From an uncultured Gammaproteobacteria bacterium (GTDB lineage: Bacteria > Pseudomonadota > Gammaproteobacteria > PS1 > Pseudothioglobaceae), in the NCBI GenBank assembly GCA_929200175.1, contig CAKMYR010000001.1, positions 1 to 48,552 on the forward strand: 48,552 bases of DNA. Reading direction: 5' to 3'. Positions 41,959-48,552 of the stretch are shown here, piece after piece; the stretch's first letter is position 1; every line of letters starts with the position of its first letter. The notes beneath the pieces were generated by a model. The model was not told the origin of the DNA. It searched no databases and saw only the letters and a list, made by a program, of their open reading frames with translations. Position numbers and translations under genes: made by a program.

Positions 41959-43293
41959 ATGTATTTCCAAAAATTTTCAGACAAATTACCAGATTCAGTT
42001 GATGTTGTAATTATAGGTGGTGGTGCAATTGGAATATTTTCAGCATTATTTATAAATCGTACTGGGCTTAAAGTTGCTGTATTAGAAAAAGGATATATAG
42101 CTTGTGAGCAATCATCTAGAAATTGGGGTTGGATTCGTACACAAGGTAGAGATATTGATGAAATTCCTATAGTTCAAGAATCTATTCAATTATGGGAAAA
42201 AATTAATAAAGAGCTAGATGGAAAAATAGGTTTTAAAAAACATGGAACAATGTACCTAGCCAGCAACAAAAAAACGTTAGAAAAAAGAAGGAAATGGCTA
42301 GAAATAGCTAAAGATTTCAATATAAAAAGCGAAGAAATTACAAGAACAAAACTTGCAGAAATGTTCAATACTAGTAAAACAAAACTTTACAAAGATTGGA
42401 TTGGGGCAATTTATACAGCAAGTGATGCCAAAGCAGAACCGCAACTTGCAATCCCAAAAATAGCAGAATTAGCACAAAAAGAAGGCGTTATTATTATCGA
42501 AAATTGTGCTGTTAGAACCTTAGAGATAATAGCTGGAAAACTTGATGCTGTAAATACTGAATTAGGAGTAATCAAAACATCTCAAGCTGTTTTAGCTGCA
42601 GGGGCATGGTCATCACTTTTTTTAGCTCGCCATGGTATTTCAATTCCTCAATTATCTGTATGTGCTAGTGTGCTTCAAACAGGTCCTTTGTCGAATATTT
42701 GGCAGGGAAATAGCGCAGATGAAAAGCTTTCTTTTAGAAGAAGAGATGATAAAGGATATACTCTAGCACTGCCAGATTTTATCGAAGTAATGATTGGAAT
42801 AAAAACCCTTAAATATATGCCGCTATGGCAGTCTGCTGCTAAAAATAGCTGGCAAAACATTAAATTTAGAAGAATAATGCCAACGAATTACCCTGATTCA
42901 TTATCAATAAAAAAAGATTGGGATAAGGACGATATAAGTCCATTTGAGAAAACCCGTATTCTTGATCCTAAACCATCTTCAGTAGCAATTAAAAAGATAC
43001 AAGATCGCTTTGCTAAGCGTTTTTTTGTAAAAGAAAAAATTAAAGTTGTAAAAACATGGGCAGGAATGATTGACGCCATGCCAGATGTTGTTCCAATTGT
43101 TGATTATGCGCCTAACATTGAAGGACTTATAATTGCTACTGGTATGAGCGGTCATGGATTTGGTGCTTCTCCTGGATTTGGAAAAATAATCTCCCAACTA
43201 ACAAGCCAGCAAGAACCATCTCATGACATTAAAAGATTTAGATTTAAGCGTTTTACTGACAACTCAAAACTTAAAGTAGGTCCTGGTATATAA
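41959..43293 (+). CDS. FAD-dependent oxidoreductase (DAO/glycine-oxidase superfamily), substrate unknown
   Basis: 444 aa. N-terminal dinucleotide fold VDVVIIGGGAIGIFSAL...VAVLEKG, then SSRNWGWIRTQGRD, and a C-terminal GMSGHGFG. Confidence 0.75.
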   Translation: MYFQKFSDKLPDSVDVVIIGGGAIGIFSALFINRTGLKVAVLEKGYIACEQSSRNWGWIRTQGRDIDEIPIVQESIQLWEKINKELDGKIGFKKHGTMYLASNKKTLEKRRKWLEIAKDFNIKSEEITRTKLAEMFNTSKTKLYKDWIGAIYTASDAKAEPQLAIPKIAELAQKEGVIIIENCAVRTLEIIAGKLDAVNTELGVIKTSQAVLAAGAWSSLFLARHGISIPQLSVCASVLQTGPLSNIWQGNSADEKLSFRRRDDKGYTLALPDFIEVMIGIKTLKYMPLWQSAAKNSWQNIKFRRIMPTNYPDSLSIKKDWDKDDISPFEKTRILDPKPSSVAIKKIQDRFAKRFFVKEKIKVVKTWAGMIDAMPDVVPIVDYAPNIEGLIIATGMSGHGFGASPGFGKIISQLTSQQEPSHDIKRFRFKRFTDNSKLKVGPGI

Positions 43294-43344
43294 ATAAAAC
43301 ATTAGTTGTCTTGTTGACTTAAAACCATTTTATAATAATAAAAT

Positions 43345-44436
43345 ATGGATTTATCTTATTGGTTAATGCTGTTAAAAGCTCCTGGGTTAGGGTTACAAAC
43401 CTTGTACAAGGCTCTTAAATTTTTTGAAAACCCCGAAAAAATATTTTTAGCTTCAAAAACTGAATTAAAAGAATGTAAGTTATTTGATAAAAAAACTATT
43501 GATTTTTTAAAAAATCCAGATTTTGATTTAATAAAACAAGATATAGATTGGAGCAAAAAAGACTATTGTCATATAATAACTCTAATTGATGAAAAATACC
43601 CAGAACAATTAAAAAAAATTTATGATCCTCCGCCTTTGCTTTATGTAAGGGGTGATTTAGATTGTATCTCGCTACCGCAAATAGCAATTATTGGCAGTCG
43701 CAATCCAAGCCCAAGTGGAAGTAAAAACGCATATGAATTCGCCAAATTATTATCAAAATCTGGACTAGCAATTACCTCTGGCATGGCTAGCGGAATTGAT
43801 TCTAATGCTCATATAGGGGCTTTAAAAGCCAATTGTCCTACCATTGCTGTTTGTGGAACTGGACTAGATAGAATATATCCAGCTAGAAATAAATCATTAG
43901 CCCATGAAATTGTATCTAAAGGCGCTTTGGTATCTGAATTTACAATAGGAACTCCTCCGCTTGCTAAAAATTTCCCTAAACGTAATCGAGTTATTAGTGG
44001 CTTGAGCATTGGAACTTTAGTAGTAGAAGCTGGATTAAAAAGCGGAACCATGATTACAGCAAAATCAGCAATGGAGCAAGGAAGAGAGGTATTTGCTATT
44101 CCTAGTTCTATTCATAACCCAATGTCTAAAGGATGTCATAAATTGATAAAACAAGGAGCAAAGTTAGTAGACAACATAACTGATATTATTGAAGAATTAA
44201 ATATCAATTTAGATCCTAATATTTCACAACATAAACAAAGCAAGAAAGATATTAATAAAAATGTAGATTATGATCATAATTTAGTATTAAAATACATAGG
44301 GTATGAAGCTGTAACAGTTGATGAAATAGTTGAAAAAAGTGGACTTAGTCCTCAAATAATAAATCAAACATTAATTTTTTTAGAGCTTGATGATAAAATT
44401 ATAAAAATTAACGGTAATGGGTACTTGCTTAAATGA
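43345..44436 (+). CDS. dprA: DNA-processing protein DprA (Smf)
   Basis: 363 aa. Motifs IAIIGSRNPSPSG, SGMASGIDSNAH and FPKRNRVISGLS, plus a C-terminal winged-helix tail. Confidence 0.9.
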   Translation: MDLSYWLMLLKAPGLGLQTLYKALKFFENPEKIFLASKTELKECKLFDKKTIDFLKNPDFDLIKQDIDWSKKDYCHIITLIDEKYPEQLKKIYDPPPLLYVRGDLDCISLPQIAIIGSRNPSPSGSKNAYEFAKLLSKSGLAITSGMASGIDSNAHIGALKANCPTIAVCGTGLDRIYPARNKSLAHEIVSKGALVSEFTIGTPPLAKNFPKRNRVISGLSIGTLVVEAGLKSGTMITAKSAMEQGREVFAIPSSIHNPMSKGCHKLIKQGAKLVDNITDIIEELNINLDPNISQHKQSKKDINKNVDYDHNLVLKYIGYEAVTVDEIVEKSGLSPQIINQTLIFLELDDKIIKINGNGYLLK

Positions 44437-44446
44437 GTAAATTTCT

Positions 44447-44923
44447 ATGAAAGATGATATTGTAAATGTTTTAACATATATGTTTGATTGCTTATTTGAA
44501 AAAAATAAAGAGCATTTGAGTAACGAGATTGATGATGAAGCCATTAAAGATTTTCTAGCAGATGCTGGCTTTAAGCCTGAAGGAATAGAAAAAGCTATAA
44601 ACTGGTTAGAAGATATTATTGTCTTAAAAAATGAAAAAATAACCTCTTTAATCAGTTCCAAAAATAGTATTAGGATTTATAATGACGCTGAAAAATTAAT
44701 ACTAGATACAAAAGCTCGTAATTTTTTATTGTTTATGGAAAATACTAAACAAATAAGCTCCCATCAACGCGAAATTATTATTGAACAAGTAATGCTTTTA
44801 AATAATTACACTATTTCTTTAGACGACCTAAAATATATTACAATGGCAGTCATTAGTGATAGTAGTGATAATTCAGCAACAAAAGAGCTAACATCTATAA
44901 ATGAAAAAAATACAAAACAATAG
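44447..44923 (+). CDS. smg: Smg protein (DUF494)
   Basis: 158 aa. The N-terminus DIVNVLTYMFD and DFLADAGFKPEGIEKAINWLE are typical of Smg. Conserved dprA-smg linkage. Confidence 0.85.
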   Translation: MKDDIVNVLTYMFDCLFEKNKEHLSNEIDDEAIKDFLADAGFKPEGIEKAINWLEDIIVLKNEKITSLISSKNSIRIYNDAEKLILDTKARNFLLFMENTKQISSHQREIIIEQVMLLNNYTISLDDLKYITMAVISDSSDNSATKELTSINEKNTKQ

Positions 44924-44980
44924 TATTGGTTATTTATAATTTTAATTTTTAACAAATAAGCAATAGCTTTACTTTTAAAC

Positions 44981-47278
44981 ATGACAACAAAAAACTTAGT
45001 TATTGTTGAGTCTCCCGCCAAAGCTAAAACTATTGAAAAATTTCTTGGTAAAGATTTTTGCGTTAAATCAAGTATTGGGCATATTCGTGATATAGCTAAA
45101 AAAAATGGTATTGACACTAAAAATAATTTTAAACCGTTGTATGTAGTTGATGATGCTAAGAAAAAAATAGTTAAAGAACTAAAAGCATTATCTAAAAAAG
45201 CTAAAAAGGTATATTTAGCAACGGATGGTGATCGTGAAGGGGAGGCAATTGCTTGGCATTTGTTGGAAGCTTTAAATTTGCCAGAAAATACCCCAAGAAT
45301 TATTTTCAATGAAATCACAAAACAAGCTGTCTCTAATGCTATTATTGAAGCAAAAACAATTAATAAAAATCTTGTTAATTCTCAACAAGCGCGTCGCATT
45401 ATTGATAGATTATTAGGTTTTGAAATATCTCCAATACTATGGAATAAGCTATCTGGAGTCCGTTCAGCAGGAAGAGTTCAGTCTCCTGTAGTTCGTCTTG
45501 TGGTTGAAAGAGAAAGAGAAATAAGTAGCCATGTAGCAAAGATAACATTTAAAACTAGTGCAAAACTAATAAATAATAATAATAAAATTACTGATGTTAA
45601 ACTAAACAAAGATTTTAATAATAAAGAGCAAGTTTTATCATTTTGCAAAGAGTTATTAAAATCTAAGCTTATAGTATCATCAATTACTAAAAAACCAATT
45701 AAAAAATCTCCTTCTCCTCCTTTTACCACTTCAACTTTACAACAAAAGGCATCTCAAAAATTAGGTTTTTCAGTTCAAAAAACCATGTCACTAGCACAAA
45801 GCCTATATCACGATGGATTGATTACATATATTAGAACCGACTCATTAAACATGTCATCAATTGCTATTCAACAGGCTGAAAAAGTAATAACTGAAAAATA
45901 TGGTAAAAAATATCATAAGACAAGGGTTTATAAAAATAAAAATACTAATGCACAAGAAGCACACGAAGCAATAAGGCCAACCGATATAACAAAAACAAAT
46001 ACGCCTACTAATATTGATAGCCAAGCTAAAAAACTTTATAAACTAATTTATAACCAAACTTTAGCCTCTCAAATGAGTGATGCCGAATTGCAAAAGACCC
46101 AAATAATTATTGATATAGAAAATAGAGATGAAAAATTTTTAGCAAGTGGTGAAGTATTATTGTTTGATGGATTTTTAACTGTTTATGACACTAACAAAAA
46201 AGATAAACTTCTTACTAATTTAAACCAAAATGAAGAATTAAAAATTGATAGTCTTTCATCCAGAGAAAGTTTTTCAAAACACAATCCTCGTTACACAGAT
46301 TCTTCTTTAATTAAAACAATTGAGGATATGGGAATTGGTAGACCCTCTACTTTTGCTTCTATGGTTTCTAAAGTTCAAGAAAGAGAATATGTTGTTAAAA
46401 AAAATAATGATGGCTACGAACGCAAATTTCAATTAGTTGAAATTAAAAACAATCAAATTATTGAATCTACCGCTAAAGAAATTACTGATGCAGAAAAAAA
46501 TAAATTATTTCCTACTAATACTGCTTATTTATTAAATGATTTTTTAGTTAAATATTTTGATAATATTATTGATTATAAATTTACCGCCAAACTTGAAAAT
46601 GATTTTGATGATATAGCCAATGAAAATATTTCTTGGCAAAAAATTGTTGAAAATTTTTATAAAGCATTTCGTAAACAAGTAGAAAATACAACTAATGTTT
46701 CTAGAGAAGAAGCTAACAAAGAAACTAAGCTTGGCATTGATCCTAAAAGCGGGAAAACAGTTAGTATAGGTTTGGGGCGTTATGGTGTGTTTGTAAAACT
46801 AAGCGGCAAAAATAAAGACGAAAAACCTTCTTTTGCTCCACTTAGAGAATCAATGAATATTGAAACAATCACTCTTGACGAAGCTTTAGAATTATTTAAT
46901 ATGCCGCGTATTGTTGGCGAAACCGAAGAATTCGGAACAATTAAAGCTAATTATGGCAGATTTGGACCATACGTTCAATATAATAAAGGTTATGTTTCTT
47001 TAAAAGAAGTAATTCCTGAATCAGTTACTTTAGAACAAGCATTAATACTTATAAAAGAAAAAGAAAAATCTGATGCTCAACGCATAATAAAATCATTTAA
47101 AGATAGCGAAATTAAAATTTTAAAAGGAAGGTTTGGAGCTTATATTTCTAATGGCAAAAAAAGAGGAAAAGGGCAAAAAAATATTTCTATTAAAAAAGTA
47201 TTCGGTGATAAAAATCCAGAGGAACTAACTTTAAAAGAGTGTAAAGAAGAATTAGACAAAATAAGCAAAAAAAAATAG
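44981..47278 (+). CDS. topA: DNA topoisomerase I (type IA) with a Cys-less repeat C-terminal domain
   Basis: 765 aa. Toprim LVIVESPAKAKTIEKFLG and ATDGDREGEAIAWH, active-site Tyr region GLITYIRTDS, and C-terminal repeats GRYGVFVKL, GRFGPYVQY and GRFGAYISNG. Confidence 0.95.
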   Translation: MTTKNLVIVESPAKAKTIEKFLGKDFCVKSSIGHIRDIAKKNGIDTKNNFKPLYVVDDAKKKIVKELKALSKKAKKVYLATDGDREGEAIAWHLLEALNLPENTPRIIFNEITKQAVSNAIIEAKTINKNLVNSQQARRIIDRLLGFEISPILWNKLSGVRSAGRVQSPVVRLVVEREREISSHVAKITFKTSAKLINNNNKITDVKLNKDFNNKEQVLSFCKELLKSKLIVSSITKKPIKKSPSPPFTTSTLQQKASQKLGFSVQKTMSLAQSLYHDGLITYIRTDSLNMSSIAIQQAEKVITEKYGKKYHKTRVYKNKNTNAQEAHEAIRPTDITKTNTPTNIDSQAKKLYKLIYNQTLASQMSDAELQKTQIIIDIENRDEKFLASGEVLLFDGFLTVYDTNKKDKLLTNLNQNEELKIDSLSSRESFSKHNPRYTDSSLIKTIEDMGIGRPSTFASMVSKVQEREYVVKKNNDGYERKFQLVEIKNNQIIESTAKEITDAEKNKLFPTNTAYLLNDFLVKYFDNIIDYKFTAKLENDFDDIANENISWQKIVENFYKAFRKQVENTTNVSREEANKETKLGIDPKSGKTVSIGLGRYGVFVKLSGKNKDEKPSFAPLRESMNIETITLDEALELFNMPRIVGETEEFGTIKANYGRFGPYVQYNKGYVSLKEVIPESVTLEQALILIKEKEKSDAQRIIKSFKDSEIKILKGRFGAYISNGKKRGKGQKNISIKKVFGDKNPEELTLKECKEELDKISKKK

Positions 47279-47283
47279 CACTA

Positions 47284-48552
47284 TTAAACTAATTTTTTAT
47301 GTTTTTCTAATTGTTGTTCTTTCTCCATTAAAACTCTTTTAAGGTCTTGCGGCATAACTTTTATAAAATACTTAATTTCTTTATCCCAATTAGTAAGAAT
47401 GTGTTTTGCTATTTTTGATTTTGTAAACTTACTATGTTTTTCTATATAACTTTGTAATTGCTGCTCTGAAATATCATCTACAACTTCAAGATCTATCATA
47501 GATGAATTGTACATTTTTTTAAAAGTATTGTTTTTATCATAAATGTAGGCTATACCTCCACTCATTCCAGCGCCAAAATTTCTGCCTACTTCACCAAGAA
47601 TAATCGCTATTCCACCAGTCATATATTCACAACCATGATCGCCAATCCCTTCAACTACTGCCATAGCTCCAGAATTGCGCACACAAAATCTTTCGGCAGC
47701 GCGCCCAGATAAATAAATTTCTCCGTTAGTTGCACCATAAACACAAACATTGCCTGCTATTACTTCATTATGAGAATCAAAACTAGATTTTTTAGGAGGA
47801 TAAACAATAATTTTTCCGCCAGATAAACCTTTCCCAACATAATCATTAGCGTCTCCTTCAACTTCTAATGTAACTCCTTTAGCTAAAAAAGCGCCAAAAG
47901 ATTGCCCAGCAGAGCCATTAAACTTTATTCTGACTGTATCGTCTTGCATATTATTTTGTTTGCGAGTTTTTATAATATGAGATGACAATATAGCGCCAAC
48001 AGCACGATCTTGATTATTAATTTTTTCATTAATAACAATATTTTCGTTATTTTGAATAGCTTTTTTTGCCTTTACAATTAACTTATTATCAATTTGTAAA
48101 TTTAATTTATGATCTTGTTTAATAGTATTGAAATTACCAATATTTTGTTTATTTTTTTGCGATGATTTAAATAAGTCGTCTAAGTTTATCGTGCTTTTTT
48201 TCCAATGCTCGGTATTAGCTACAGACAACATATCAGAGCGACCAATCATATCATTTAAATTTTTAAATCCAAGCTCTGCCATAATGCCTCGTAACTCTTC
48301 TGCAACCATAAAAAAATAATTTACTAAATATTCAGGTTTGCCAGTGAATTTTTTACGCAATTCTTCATCTTGAGTAGCAATACCAACAGGGCAAGTATTA
48401 AGATGACATTTTCTCATCATAATACAGCCAGAAACAATAAGAGGCGCGGTTGAAAATCCAAATTCTTCTGCACCTAGCAATGCAGCTATCGCAACATCGT
48501 TACCAGTTTTTAATTGTCCATCAGTTTGAATAATAACCCTACTGCGTAAATT
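47284..48552 (-). CDS. gltB: Glutamate synthase large subunit; C-terminal part only (end of the FMN domain plus the GXGXG domain), N-terminus beyond the window end
   Basis: The frame stays open to the window end, so the track TTG at 48480 is internal. GAEEFGFSTAPLIVSGCIMMRKCHLNTCPVGIATQD is followed by GSAGQSFGAFLAKGVTLEVEGDANDYVGKGLSGGKIIVYPP...GATNGEIYLSGRAAERFCVRNSGA. Confidence 0.92.
   Translation of the reverse strand, partial: NLRSRVIIQTDGQLKTGNDVAIAALLGAEEFGFSTAPLIVSGCIMMRKCHLNTCPVGIATQDEELRKKFTGKPEYLVNYFFMVAEELRGIMAELGFKNLNDMIGRSDMLSVANTEHWKKSTINLDDLFKSSQKNKQNIGNFNTIKQDHKLNLQIDNKLIVKAKKAIQNNENIVINEKINNQDRAVGAILSSHIIKTRKQNNMQDDTVRIKFNGSAGQSFGAFLAKGVTLEVEGDANDYVGKGLSGGKIIVYPPKKSSFDSHNEVIAGNVCVYGATNGEIYLSGRAAERFCVRNSGAMAVVEGIGDHGCEYMTGGIAIILGEVGRNFGAGMSGGIAYIYDKNNTFKKMYNSSMIDLEVVDDISEQQLQSYIEKHSKFTKSKIAKHILTNWDKEIKYFIKVMPQDLKRVLMEKEQQLEKHKKLV

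Noticed and set aside
43294-43344. TTGACT ... TATAAT-like promoter upstream of dprA
   Set aside because: The spacer is only 11 nt, which is incompatible with sigma70 geometry. It is probably a chance match in AT-rich DNA.

Overview
This is an AT-rich, very tightly packed proteobacterial chromosome segment. The gene order (dprA-smg-topA, grpE next to nadK-recN, engB next to cytochrome c4/c5, rpmH-rnpA-yidD-yidC) fits a streamlined Beta- or Gammaproteobacterium. I call 49 protein genes, two of them cut by the window edges and three missing from the ORF track (clpX, rpmH, rpmG), plus one tRNA-Ser(UGA).

Most of the window is housekeeping: tig-clpP-clpX, cytochromes c4 and c5, engB, cca, mpl, ampD, yidC-yidD-rnpA-rpmH, rpmB-rpmG, a complete atpIBEFHAGDC operon, recN-nadK, grpE, dsbD, an ABC-2 exporter pair, an FAD oxidoreductase, dprA-smg-topA and the 3' part of gltB.

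The one clearly accessory module is a co-directional, roughly 14 kb, eleven-gene methylated-amine island at 9824-23716: gmaS-mgsABC, orf126, tdm, tmoXWV, tmm, folD. It sits between two peptidoglycan-recycling genes (mpl and ampD). It has no regulator and no mobility genes.

I see no CRISPR array, prophage, transposon, integrase or recognisable defence system. The best candidates for something undescribed are modest:
- An unassignable 126-aa acidic ORF sits between mgsC and tdm with a strong ribosome-binding site.
- The island lacks the DMA-to-MMA step (Dmm) and the N-methylglutamate dehydrogenase step (Mgd).
- An AddB-like iron-staple nuclease has no adjacent helicase partner.
- A small hydrophilic ORF overlaps the start of atpI.

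All functional calls come from motifs read by eye in the supplied translations and from gene context. No database search was run.
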